Source: Acidimicrobiia bacterium | Lineage (GTDB): Bacteria; Actinomycetota; Acidimicrobiia; IMCC26256; PALSA-610 | DNA: 28,626 nucleotides | Assembly: GCA_035563695.1 (NCBI GenBank) | Contig: DATMUX010000750.1 | Coordinates: 1 to 28,626 of the forward strand | Direction of reading: 5' to 3' | Shown here: one piece after another, positions 14,212 to 23,339 of the stretch | Numbering within the stretch: position 1 is the first letter of the stretch | How the letters are laid out: each line of letters starts with the position of its first letter | The notes under the pieces: generated by a model | Seen by the model: the letters and a program-made list of their open reading frames with translations, nothing else | Databases searched by the model: none | What the model was told of the DNA's origin: nothing | Made by a program: the position numbers and the translations under genes

Positions 14212-16323
14212 TCAGCTCGTAGGGACCGCCGCGACAACCATCGCGAAGGATTCGGTCCGGTACTGCCGGGGGCGGTGCGTGAGCGTCATCTCGAGCTCGT
14301 GCGGATCCGTGACGAGTCGTGTCTGCTGAACCTGCGCGTCGGGGAGGAGATTGCCCACCTCTTCCGTGGAGTTCGCCACGACGAAGAACCGCCGACCCTG
14401 TGCGTTCCATTCGTCGGCGAGGTGGTGCAACGACTGCGCAGTGACCGCCGAGCTGCTGCTCACCCCGACGTCGGCACCACACCAGCTGCGCAAGGTCTGC
14501 GGTACCCAATCATCGAGCAGGTCGTTCGTGTCGCGCTCGACGACGACGACCGCTGCATGCGGGCCGAGATCGCGGCAGGCATCGTCGATGACCGCGAGGA
14601 AGCCACGCTTCTCGCTCATCGATCGAAGATGCCACACCGTATACACCGGATAGGCAACGGCCACGACTGCGACGGCGATCGACAGCCCGCGCACTGTTCC
14701 CCGCCAGCGACCTCCGAAGCGTGTCGTCGCGCCGTATGCGGCGAGCCCGACGGCGAACAAGATGAGCACCGGGAACGCGCCGACGAGGAAGCGGCGCGTG
14801 ACCCAGATGTGGTCCGACGCGGCGTTCGCCTTCCAGAGATACAGCACGCTCCCCGGAACGATGATGGCGAGCGGTCCGGCGACGCGGATCATGCGTCCGA
14901 GCAACAGCGCGCGCAGCAGGAGCGCGGCACCGATGATCGCCGCGGCCACGGTCAGGGGGCCGAGATACCACGACATCCAGCTCATCGACCGCTCGAAGTA
15001 CACCCGCGTGGGGTCGACCGCGATGTGTTCGGCGACTTGCAGGTTGCGCATGAAGTCCTGTGGACGGCCGTGCATCTGCTGCAGGCGCGCCCGGAGGATC
15101 CAGGTGCCGAAGCCCAGCAGGGCCGTGACGATCGCCACGGCCGAGGCGATCACGCGCCACGGGAGGCGGCAGAGCCGGGGTACGAGGAACCGCCAGAGTC
15201 CGACCACGAGTCCGCACACGATGAAGGACGCGATCGTGGCGAGGATGAGCTGTCGGGTATTCGTCCACAAGCTGTCCCAGTACAGACCGCTGTGTCTCGT
15301 CAGGTCGACAAGTCCGACCACGAAACCGGGAACCACTCCGACGAGGAATGCGACGATCGCATACAGCACCTCGCGTCGAGCGGCGCGCACCGCCCGGAGC
15401 CAGGCCAACGCGAGGACGACGGGAATGCCGAGCAGGAACACCGTCGCGTCGATGCGCGTCGCCTGTGTCGCCCCGAGGAAGAGTCCGGCGACGAGAGCCA
15501 CGCGCCAGTGCGGCAGCACACGCGGCGTGACGATCAGCCAGAGTGCCGTGAACAAGAGGATCTGCGACGGGATCTCAGAATAGGAATCGCGCGAGAACGA
15601 CACCTGAGGCAGCATGAATGCAAGCGCGAGCATGGCCGCGAGCGCGAACCAGGGTCGTCGGATCGTGCGCCACGCGAGCACGAAGAAGGCGAGCAACGCG
15701 ACGCCGCCGAGCAGCTCGGGCGCATGGAACAGCCCCGCGTCACCGCCCACCGCGTACGCCTCCGCGAGCAGAGCTGGCAACAGATGCGCGAATTGGAACT
15801 GGAGCGTCCCGTTGTCGAGCTCGTACACCGCCAACGAGTCGAAGCGGACCGTGGGATCGTCGGCGAACGGACCGATTCGAGGTTTCACTTTCAGGGAACC
15901 GGTCCGCGCGATCCACCGGCCCGAGTTGGCGTATGACCCACCGTCGCGGTCGATCAGCACGTGCTGAGATGCGTGGCCGGCGTTCCAGGCCGTGATCCCG
16001 AGGATGGCGGCGATGCCGAGCGCGGCGACGACGTGCGCGGTGCCGGACGTCGGTCGGCGGCGTGTGAACCGGGGCTCGGCGAACAGGGGCTTGGCGATCA
16101 GTAGCACGCCGATGCACGCGACCGCGCCCAGCGGAAACGCGAGCACAGGTCGATACCAGCCTTGGTCTGCGAGGAACAGTCCGATCAACCCGAAGGCGAG
16201 TACGGCGGCGGCGGGCGCCAGGCTCACGAACAGCAGCCACGTGGGCGGCCCGTTCGTCGGCGGAATCTCGACGACCAACACGTCGTCCGCCGGCGCCGGG
16301 GCAGTTATCGTGTCGACCGTCAC
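14212..16323 (-). CDS. GT-C-like polytopic membrane glycosyltransferase, paralogue B
   Basis: IDRDGGSYANSGRWIAR, HLLPALLA, QVSFSRDSYSE, TRID, ASDHIWVTRRFL. Confidence 0.78.
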   Translation of the reverse strand: MTVDTITAPAPADDVLVVEIPPTNGPPTWLLFVSLAPAAAVLAFGLIGLFLADQGWYRPVLAFPLGAVACIGVLLIAKPLFAEPRFTRRRPTSGTAHVVAALGIAAILGITAWNAGHASQHVLIDRDGGSYANSGRWIARTGSLKVKPRIGPFADDPTVRFDSLAVYELDNGTLQFQFAHLLPALLAEAYAVGGDAGLFHAPELLGGVALLAFFVLAWRTIRRPWFALAAMLALAFMLPQVSFSRDSYSEIPSQILLFTALWLIVTPRVLPHWRVALVAGLFLGATQATRIDATVFLLGIPVVLALAWLRAVRAARREVLYAIVAFLVGVVPGFVVGLVDLTRHSGLYWDSLWTNTRQLILATIASFIVCGLVVGLWRFLVPRLCRLPWRVIASAVAIVTALLGFGTWILRARLQQMHGRPQDFMRNLQVAEHIAVDPTRVYFERSMSWMSWYLGPLTVAAAIIGAALLLRALLLGRMIRVAGPLAIIVPGSVLYLWKANAASDHIWVTRRFLVGAFPVLILFAVGLAAYGATTRFGGRWRGTVRGLSIAVAVVAVAYPVYTVWHLRSMSEKRGFLAVIDDACRDLGPHAAVVVVERDTNDLLDDWVPQTLRSWCGADVGVSSSSAVTAQSLHHLADEWNAQGRRFFVVANSTEEVGNLLPDAQVQQTRLVTDPHELEMTLTHRPRQYRTESFAMVVAAVPTS

Positions 16324-16378
16324 CTCTCGCCACCACCTGGGTCACCGCGGGCCACTCATCTCACCGCAGACCGTCACA

Positions 16379-16384
16379 TAGGCT
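16379..16384 (+). promoter_or_regulatory. -10 element TAGGCT, (near-)leaderless GT2 transcript
   Basis: TAGGCT, then 8 nt, then ATG at 16393. Confidence 0.45.
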
Positions 16385-16392
16385 GTCCGTCC

Positions 16393-17349
16393 ATGAGCGA
16401 ACCCGCCCTCCCCGCGACCCTCGAAGGTGCCGCCGGTAACGCTGAACTCGACGTCTCCATCATCCTGCCCGTGTACAACGAGGTCGAGCACCTCAAGCAA
16501 GAGGTCGACCGCATCCGGGCCGCGATGGATGCGTCACAGTACAGCTACGAGATTATCGTCGTTGACGACGGATCGTCGGACGGATCAGGTGAGCTCGCGC
16601 AGTCCATCGGCGGACTGCGGGTGATCCGATTCACGCAGAACCGCGGTTCGGGCTCCGCGCGCAAGGCGGGAACGTCCGCGGCGCGGGGCCGAGTCACCGT
16701 GTGGACCGACGTCGACATGACGTACCCGAACGACACCATCCCGCAGCTCGTGAAGGAGCTCGACGGCTACGACCAGGTAGTCGGCGCGCGGATCACCGAA
16801 GAGGGCACGATGAAGGGTTTGCGGGTGCCCGCGAAGTGGTTCATCCGCAAACTTGCGAGCTTCCTCACATCGACCAAGATTCCCGATCTCAACTCGGGTT
16901 TCCGCGCCTTCCGCACGAGCGTCGCCCGCCAGTACTTGCGGCACCTGCCGGCCGGATTCTCGTGCGTCACGACCATGACGATGACGTTCCTCGCAAACGG
17001 CTATTCCGTGAAATACATCCCGATCGACTACGCGAAGCGTGCCGGTCGCTCGAAGTTCCACCCGGTCAAGGACACACGCAGGTACGGCACGCAAGTCGTG
17101 CGCATGGTCCTCTCGTACAATCCGCTCTCCATCTTCCTACCGGTCGGCCTGGCGCTGCTCGCGCTCGGGATGGGGAAGACGCTCTACGACGTCGTGAAGT
17201 ACAACTTCCACATCGCAACCGACACACTGTTGATCCTCTTCGCCTCGTTCCAGGTCATCGCGATCGGACTCCTCGCCGACCTCGTGGTCCGGGTCGGGCG
17301 CGATCGCGACGAGGTCCCGCCCGCGTCGGTAGACACCTTGCAGACCTGA
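16393..17349 (+). CDS. GT2 glycosyltransferase, polyprenol-phosphate sugar synthase (DPM/Ppm1/GtrB-like)
   Basis: SIILPVYNE, IIVVDDGSSD, NRGSGSARKAG, WTDVDMTYP, PDLNSGFRAF, RAGRSK and two C-terminal TM helices. Start set at ATG 16393; 318 aa. Confidence 0.9.
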   Translation: MSEPALPATLEGAAGNAELDVSIILPVYNEVEHLKQEVDRIRAAMDASQYSYEIIVVDDGSSDGSGELAQSIGGLRVIRFTQNRGSGSARKAGTSAARGRVTVWTDVDMTYPNDTIPQLVKELDGYDQVVGARITEEGTMKGLRVPAKWFIRKLASFLTSTKIPDLNSGFRAFRTSVARQYLRHLPAGFSCVTTMTMTFLANGYSVKYIPIDYAKRAGRSKFHPVKDTRRYGTQVVRMVLSYNPLSIFLPVGLALLALGMGKTLYDVVKYNFHIATDTLLILFASFQVIAIGLLADLVVRVGRDRDEVPPASVDTLQT

Positions 17350-17404
17350 CCTCGTCAGCGTGCGCCACGCGCGGCGCGGCGCGGCGCGGCGCGTCGCGGG
17401 TCGG

Positions 17405-18163
17405 TCAGCGCACCGCGGTGATCATCAGATGCCAACCCATCGCTCGCCCCAGCGGACGGAGCAGCCAGATCGGCGTCTTCATCGTCAGCGGCCCGAAGCC
17501 GTAGGTGAAGGGATACGCCGCGTGGATGGACACGTCGGAGAACTCACCGAAGAGCTCGCGCGCGCTGCGTTTGCTGAACGTGTAGACCACCGGGCAGTGG
17601 TCGTCACGGTCGCGCGGGGACTCGTACGGCAGGCGGAACACACGATGGACGAGATTCACGAGCGAGTACTTGTGGTACAGCATGACGTACGCCGTTCCGC
17701 CCGGGCGGAGGACGCGCCGCACTTCTGATACGGCCTTTTCGATGTCGGGCGTGTGGTGGAGCACCCCGAACGAGTACACCACATCGAATTCGCCGTCGGA
17801 AAAGTCGAGGCGCTCGGCGTTGCCCAGCCGGAAGTCGACTGCGACGTCGCGATGTGCCGCGAACTCCTTCGCGACGGCGAGAGCGCTCTCGGTGAGGTCG
17901 ACCGCCGTCACGTCGAAGCCGCACTTCGCGAGCTGGATGCTGTCGACTCCGATGCCGCAGCCGATCTCCAGCAACCGACCCTTGCTGCCGGCGAGGGACG
18001 CGAACAGCTCGCGCAGGTTGTAGTGGGCACGGTACCGGCGATCCTCGATGTCGCGGAAGTACGCATCCGAGGCGCGCTGCTCATTGGTGTAGTACTCGTT
18101 GTTGACGTGCGACTCCCAGAACTCCTTGACCGTCTCGACGGTCGTGTCGGGTTCGGGTTTCAT
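17405..18163 (-). CDS. class I SAM-dependent methyltransferase
   Basis: LLEIGCGIG, VTAVDLT, GNAERLDFSDGEFDVVYSFGVLHH, LRPGG. Shine-Dalgarno AAAAGGAG lies upstream. Confidence 0.9.
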   Translation of the reverse strand: MKPEPDTTVETVKEFWESHVNNEYYTNEQRASDAYFRDIEDRRYRAHYNLRELFASLAGSKGRLLEIGCGIGVDSIQLAKCGFDVTAVDLTESALAVAKEFAAHRDVAVDFRLGNAERLDFSDGEFDVVYSFGVLHHTPDIEKAVSEVRRVLRPGGTAYVMLYHKYSLVNLVHRVFRLPYESPRDRDDHCPVVYTFSKRSARELFGEFSDVSIHAAYPFTYGFGPLTMKTPIWLLRPLGRAMGWHLMITAVR

Positions 18164-18167
18164 CGCG

Positions 18168-20096
18168 TCACGCTCCTTTTGCCGCCGCCGGACGTACGCT
18201 AGGACCCGGCGAGCTCGCCGTAGGGATCGATTCCGTGAAGATCTCGTGCCACAGCTCGAGCCCGAGGATCTGCCAGAGCATGAAGTAGTGCCAGCGGAGC
18301 CTCTGGTGCGGCTTCGCCGCCAGCACGCTCTTCACGAACTGGGGGTTGAACACCCCCGAACGCTGCAGGCGATCCGGGGTCAGCACCTCCCGGACCATCG
18401 ATCCGAGGTCTTTGCGGTACTGCTCGACGGGATCGAACGTAAAACCCCACTTCTTCTTCTCGAGCACTCGCGCGGGGAGCAAAGGACGCAGGGCGTCCTT
18501 CAAGAGGCCCTTCATGCCACCGCCGAACCTCAGCTCGTCGGGGATGCGCGCCGCGAAGCGCACGAACTCGATGTCGAGCAGGGGCACCCGCGATTCCACC
18601 GCGTGGGCCATCGCCATCGTGTCCTCGTTGAGCAACAGATCCGCAACCATCTTGGTCGAGAACTCCGCTCGGAGGGCCTGCCCCTCGACGGACCCTCGAC
18701 CATCGAAGTACTCGTCGTACACGTCGCGGGTCGTTACGGTCAGGCGACTCAGGAAATCGGCCGTGTAGACGCGGCGCAACAGCGCGGGATTGAAGTCCCA
18801 CGCGTTACGCAGGAGCAAGTAGTGCCGGACGGGATCGCGCACCGACGCGATCCACTCGAGCTTGCGCACGGACAGGTCGAGCGTGGGGCTGCCAATCGCC
18901 GACATCCGCGTGGCAGTCCAGTCGAGTGCCGGTGCGACCGCGTGCACGCCTCGACCGGTGGCGCCGGAGCGCAGCCGCCCGAGCCTCGCGAAGTACCCGT
19001 AGATGTCGTAGCCCGCGAACAGCTCGTCACCTCCGAGTCCGGACAGTGCGACGGTCACGTGCTCGCCGATGTACCGGTGGAGAAGATAGAGCTGGAGGGA
19101 GTTGACCTTCGGCTCCTCCGTGTGCCTGATCGACTCGGCGAGGTGCGCAAGCGCCGGTTCGTGCAGGACGAGCTCGTGATGGTCCGTGTCGAACGTGCGC
19201 GCAACGAATCGCGCGTCGTCGAGCTCGTCCCATGGCTCGTCGAACCCGAGACTGAACGTCTTGATCGGACCGGACGTCGCGCGTCGGACCATGGCGACGA
19301 CGGCGCTCGAGTCCACGCCTCCCGAGAGCGAGACACCGACAGGCACGTCGGCCAACAGCTGGCGCCTGACCGCCGCTTCCAGACCGCTGCGAATGCCATC
19401 GAGCCACTCGTCACGGGTCCGGGTGCGGTCCGGCGTCCAATCGATGCTCGTGTACGCGTACGTGCGCGCTCCCCGCTCGTCGAATTCGAGCACGTGCCCG
19501 GGAGCGAGCCGGCTGATGCCGCGAAACAACGTGCGCTGTCCCGGGATGTAGCGCACGTTCATCGACAGGTGCAGGCTCGCCTCGTCGACCTCCGCCGCGA
19601 CGAACCCGCTCGCGAGCACCGCCTTGGCTTCGGACCCGAACGCGAGCTTCCCTGATCGGGTCGCGTAGACGAGGGGCTTCACGCCGAGCGGATCGCGCAC
19701 CAGGAACAGGGTGCGACGGCGCCGATCGAACAATGCGATCGCGAAGATCCCGTTCAGACGAGCGGCAAAATCGATCCCTTCCTCCTCATAGAGGTGCGCG
19801 AGCACCTCCGTGTCGCACGTCGTGTGCAGCGTGTGCCCGCGCCTCAGAAGGTTCTCGCGCAGCTCCGGGTAGTTGTAGATGAGCCCGTTGAACACGACGA
19901 CGACCGAACCGTCCTCGTTCGTCATGGGCTGGGCGCCACCGTCGACGTCGAGGATCGCCAGACGCCGGTTGCCGAGACAGACACCATCGCCGACGAAGAA
20001 CCCGTCGCCGTCGGGTCCACGGTGGACGAGCGTTTTCGTCATGGCGCGGATCAGCTCGCCGTCGCCGAAGCCGAAGGTGCCCGTGATGCCGCACAT
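18168..20096 (-). CDS. asnB: asparagine synthetase B-like glutamine amidotransferase (surface-glycan amidation type)
   Basis: N-terminal MCGI (Ntn Cys), HRGPD, RRLAILD, CDTEV, RDPLGVKPL, SLSGGVDSS PP-loop, SGLGGDELFAGY and ESRVPLLD. Confidence 0.9.
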   Translation of the reverse strand: MCGITGTFGFGDGELIRAMTKTLVHRGPDGDGFFVGDGVCLGNRRLAILDVDGGAQPMTNEDGSVVVVFNGLIYNYPELRENLLRRGHTLHTTCDTEVLAHLYEEEGIDFAARLNGIFAIALFDRRRRTLFLVRDPLGVKPLVYATRSGKLAFGSEAKAVLASGFVAAEVDEASLHLSMNVRYIPGQRTLFRGISRLAPGHVLEFDERGARTYAYTSIDWTPDRTRTRDEWLDGIRSGLEAAVRRQLLADVPVGVSLSGGVDSSAVVAMVRRATSGPIKTFSLGFDEPWDELDDARFVARTFDTDHHELVLHEPALAHLAESIRHTEEPKVNSLQLYLLHRYIGEHVTVALSGLGGDELFAGYDIYGYFARLGRLRSGATGRGVHAVAPALDWTATRMSAIGSPTLDLSVRKLEWIASVRDPVRHYLLLRNAWDFNPALLRRVYTADFLSRLTVTTRDVYDEYFDGRGSVEGQALRAEFSTKMVADLLLNEDTMAMAHAVESRVPLLDIEFVRFAARIPDELRFGGGMKGLLKDALRPLLPARVLEKKKWGFTFDPVEQYRKDLGSMVREVLTPDRLQRSGVFNPQFVKSVLAAKPHQRLRWHYFMLWQILGLELWHEIFTESIPTASSPGPSVRPAAAKGA

Positions 20097-20121
20097 CAGC
20101 CCGCGGCTCCTCGACAGGTGA

Positions 20122-21159
20122 TCACTGCGCGGCTCCGAACGTCGACTCGAAGTAGTCGACCATCCATTGCGTCACGTCGATCTTCTCTTCGAGGAGGCGC
20201 GCTCGCGCGGCTCGCCCGACCTCACGCGGTGCGTTCGCATACAGCTTCTCGATTGCCGCGATCGCGGACTCGTACGCATCGTCGGTGAAGTGGCGAACGA
20301 GTCCGTAGCGCCGCTCCTGGTCGTCGGTGTACCCGCGTCCGCTCGTCGCGATCATGATGGCCGGCACGCCGAGTACCGCCGCCTCCGACGACATCGTCGC
20401 GGACTCGCCGACGATCAGTTGCGCGTACGCGAGGAGGTTATGGATGTCGTCGACCGGTCCCTGTACCTCGAGCGAGGCCAGGTCGGGCGGCAGTGCGGCT
20501 TCGGACGAGATCACCACCTGCCCATACCCGCGCAACGTCTCCACGAGATGACGCTTCTGAGCAGCGGAGAGGCCCTTCTCGCGCTTGTCGTGCACGGCCT
20601 GCCACGAGACGAACCGGACGATCGAGTACGGCTCGTCGGGCGACACGCCGAACGCGGCCAGCCGGCCCGGATCAGGCGTGAAGCGTTTGGGATGCAGGTA
20701 TGCCAGCTCGTGATAGCCGGCGTAGGTGACGTGCGTCCCGCGCACCCTGCCCCGGTAGCAATCCGGGGTGCACACACTGTGCGCCAGGGGGTACACGAAC
20801 CAATTCGTCTGCCGGGCGAACTCGGTGTCGTAGAACACCACCGCGGGCACTCGCCGCACGGCGCCGGCCAGCGCGATCGACGGACCCATGATCCCGGTCA
20901 TGACATCGGGCCGGAACTCGCGCATCACTTTCATCAGCCGGCCGGTGCGCTGCACCATCTCCACCGTCATACCGACACCGCCACTGCGCTGGTCCGAGAG
21001 GTGGCGGTACCCGAGGCCGTAGCGATCGAGCAACTCGAGCGAACGGTCCTTGTCGCGCGCGGTGATGAGGAGCTCGTGGCCGCGATCGGTCATCTCATCG
21101 TGGAAGTTCCGGAAGAAATGGACGTGGGCCGGGTGGAGAATGTCGATGAGCACACGCAT
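20122..21159 (-). CDS. DUF354 family protein (GT-B-like)
   Basis: Start set at ATG 21159: MRVLIDILHPAHVHFFRN..., ITARDKD, YAGYHELAYLHP, GESATMSSEAAVLGVPA; 345 aa. Confidence 0.85.
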   Translation of the reverse strand: MRVLIDILHPAHVHFFRNFHDEMTDRGHELLITARDKDRSLELLDRYGLGYRHLSDQRSGGVGMTVEMVQRTGRLMKVMREFRPDVMTGIMGPSIALAGAVRRVPAVVFYDTEFARQTNWFVYPLAHSVCTPDCYRGRVRGTHVTYAGYHELAYLHPKRFTPDPGRLAAFGVSPDEPYSIVRFVSWQAVHDKREKGLSAAQKRHLVETLRGYGQVVISSEAALPPDLASLEVQGPVDDIHNLLAYAQLIVGESATMSSEAAVLGVPAIMIATSGRGYTDDQERRYGLVRHFTDDAYESAIAAIEKLYANAPREVGRAARARLLEEKIDVTQWMVDYFESTFGAAQ

Positions 21160-21164
21160 GACGA

Positions 21165-22004
21165 TCAGGTGGCCCGCGTCGATTCGCTCGCCCCGAGCGT
21201 GCCGTCCGACTCGGTTTCCGCCGCGATGTCGACCGGGCGGCGTGCTACCGCAAGAAGACCCGCACCCCATCGGGGCCGGGAGAACTTGCCCAGATACGAC
21301 AACGCGAGCAGGAAAGGAAACACGAGGGCGTACAGCGCCTTGCGACGCTGATCGGCACCCGTGATGAGGTACGAAACGTTGTTGGTGAAGGTCTCGATGA
21401 TGCCGTAGGTGGCCCGGCACGACACCAGCTCGAACCCGCCGTCGCGCAGCTTCGCGGCGAGTTCGTCGGCCCGGTAGCCGGGCCGCACATGACCCGGGAC
21501 ATCGAAGTTGACGCGCCGGCCGAACACGAACCAGCGGCGCTCGTATCCGGGCACGTGGACGACGAGCCGACCTCCGGGACGCAACGCACGCAGCAGACCG
21601 CGCAACGCCTCCGTGTCGTCATCGACGTGCTCCAGATTGTCGACGCTGACCACGAGCTCGAACCGCTTGTCGAACTCGAGTGCCGTCACGTCGCCCTGCT
21701 CGAACCGGCAGTTCGCGAGTCTGGCGCGCTGCGCGATGACGTTGGCCCGCTCGACGAGCCCGGAATCCATGTCGAGGCCGAGCACCTTGGCCTCGGGATG
21801 ACGTTTCGCGAGCTCGATGGAGAACACGCCGCCGCCGCAGCCCGCGTCGAGGATGGTCTCGAAAATGCCGTCGGTCGCGGGGAGGACGCGGCGCAGCCGG
21901 ATACGCAGACCGTTCGCAGGCGCCCCGAGCAGCCGGGCATACCACCGCTCGAACCGGCTTCGGCCGGGGTCGAGCGACAGCTCGCAACCCGCGAAGCCCC
22001 TCAT
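21165..22004 (-). CDS. class I SAM-dependent methyltransferase
   Basis: Start at ATG 22004 (ATGA overlap). ILDAGCGGG, VLGLD, FEQGDVT, DNLEHVDDD, LRPGGRL; 279 aa. Confidence 0.88.
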   Translation of the reverse strand: MRGFAGCELSLDPGRSRFERWYARLLGAPANGLRIRLRRVLPATDGIFETILDAGCGGGVFSIELAKRHPEAKVLGLDMDSGLVERANVIAQRARLANCRFEQGDVTALEFDKRFELVVSVDNLEHVDDDTEALRGLLRALRPGGRLVVHVPGYERRWFVFGRRVNFDVPGHVRPGYRADELAAKLRDGGFELVSCRATYGIIETFTNNVSYLITGADQRRKALYALVFPFLLALSYLGKFSRPRWGAGLLAVARRPVDIAAETESDGTLGASESTRAT

Positions 22005-23230
22005 GACGCCGTCCCGCAACACTCGAGGTGGCACGCGAGCGCCCACGCCATCCATGCCTGGCACCAACGCAGCTCGCGGATCTTGGTGCGGAACGCGCGC
22101 CGCTTCTGGTAGTAGAACCAGCCGCTGCGCGGATCCCACATGTGCGCCAGCGTCCAGTCGAGCACCTTGCGCGCCTGTTCGCCTCCGGTGCCGGCGTGCT
22201 TTTGTTGCAGGGAGAACGTCAGGACGCCCTGCGCGCAGCCGTGGATGTCGATCGGATACAGGCGGTCGCTCATGAAGCGCGCCGCGCCGCCGGGTTCGAA
22301 CAAGCGCCGCTCGTAGAACTCGATGCCGCGCAGGTATGCCTTGTCGAACTCGTCGCTCCGCGCGGCCAGCGAATAGCACTGGATCGCGTCGAGGATGAAC
22401 CCCGTGTGGTAGTTGTCGTGGGTGATGTGGCTCGCCGACGGCGGCTCGGCGTAGAACCACGCGCCTTCTTCGGTCTGCTTCGATACGACGTAGCGCACGA
22501 GCCGACCGCCCTCGTTCAGCAGCCGTGCGTCGTCGCAGAACGCGCCGAGGCGCGCGACGAACGCTCCGACGAGCGCGGATACGTCCATGACGATCCATGT
22601 CACCGATTCGTCGGGCACGTAGCTGAGGCAACGGTGGTCGACGTCCTCGTAGAGCGTCTTCGGAGCATCGAGGAGGAACTGCGCGACCCGCTGCGCGGCG
22701 TCGAGGTAGTTCGGCTCGTGCAGCGTCTCGAAGCCGTCGAGCAACGCCTGGCCGGCGAACGACGTCACGACGCGGTTCGGGAAGTGACGCGGTGCGAAGA
22801 AGCCGACGTCCTGCCAGGGGTAGGGATAGCCCCAACCGAGTCCCGTGAAGCGCGCCGTCGCGTCACACGGCGCGAATTCCGGTGACGGGTGGTCGACGAG
22901 CCAGTCCAGCAGCGCCCGCGCCTCGGCCCGATCGGTGTCCGAGTCCAATAGCCGAGACCGCGCGAGCAAGGCGCGCGCGAAGAGCGCGATGCCTTTCGGA
23001 TTGCGCGCCTTGTGCACACCCACCATCGGGCGCACATCGATGGGGCTGCGCATGACCAGTTGCGTTGCCACGAGGCGGCGGGCCCGTGAACTTCCCGCAA
23101 GACGCTCGAGGACCGGCGCGTTCAGCGCGTCGTGCTTGGAGTACCCCTCGTAGTCGACGCGACGCGCGATCCCGAGCACTCGGTCGAGCACCTCGGCATC
23201 GGTCGCGGCAACTCGGGACGGCTTCGCCAT
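22001..23230 (-). CDS. (alpha/alpha)6-barrel-type protein (GH88/AGE-epimerase-like) of polysaccharide loci
   Basis: GYSKHDALNAP, QLVMRSPIDVRP..G..KARNPKGIALF, GWGYPYPWQ, HDNYHTGFILD, YPIDIH..AQG, GWFYYQ and LRWCQAWM: aromatic-rich helical repeats. Start at ATG 23230, or GTG 23248. Confidence 0.7.
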   Translation of the reverse strand: MAKPSRVAATDAEVLDRVLGIARRVDYEGYSKHDALNAPVLERLAGSSRARRLVATQLVMRSPIDVRPMVGVHKARNPKGIALFARALLARSRLLDSDTDRAEARALLDWLVDHPSPEFAPCDATARFTGLGWGYPYPWQDVGFFAPRHFPNRVVTSFAGQALLDGFETLHEPNYLDAAQRVAQFLLDAPKTLYEDVDHRCLSYVPDESVTWIVMDVSALVGAFVARLGAFCDDARLLNEGGRLVRYVVSKQTEEGAWFYAEPPSASHITHDNYHTGFILDAIQCYSLAARSDEFDKAYLRGIEFYERRLFEPGGAARFMSDRLYPIDIHGCAQGVLTFSLQQKHAGTGGEQARKVLDWTLAHMWDPRSGWFYYQKRRAFRTKIRELRWCQAWMAWALACHLECCGTAS

Positions 23231-23296
23231 GCGCGCTTCTTCTACCACTGCCCCGGACCGATGCTTCGAGACGACACGCTGTGTGAGACCGCGGGC

Positions 23297-23302
23297 ACCC
23301 TA
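23297..23302 (-). promoter_or_regulatory. candidate internal -10 (TGG-TAGGGT)
   Basis: Lies in the 109-bp gap between the oxidoreductase and the barrel-protein genes. Confidence 0.35.
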
Positions 23303-23339
23303 CCAGCCGTCCGGAGAGACGACCGGTATCGCCCCGCGT

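Noticed and set aside
17371-17393. (GCGGC)4 microsatellite between the convergent GT2 and methyltransferase genes
   Set aside because: It is short, intergenic and expected in very GC-rich DNA. It has no coding or promoter position that would give phase variation.
21160-22835. Apparent long N-terminal extensions or fusions in the ORF track (3694-5691, 16162-17349, 20122-21420, 21165-22835, 23340-25658)
   Set aside because: The extensions overlap neighbouring genes and are low-complexity. Family N-termini and start/stop overlaps point to starts at 4606, 16393, 21159, 22004 and 25544.
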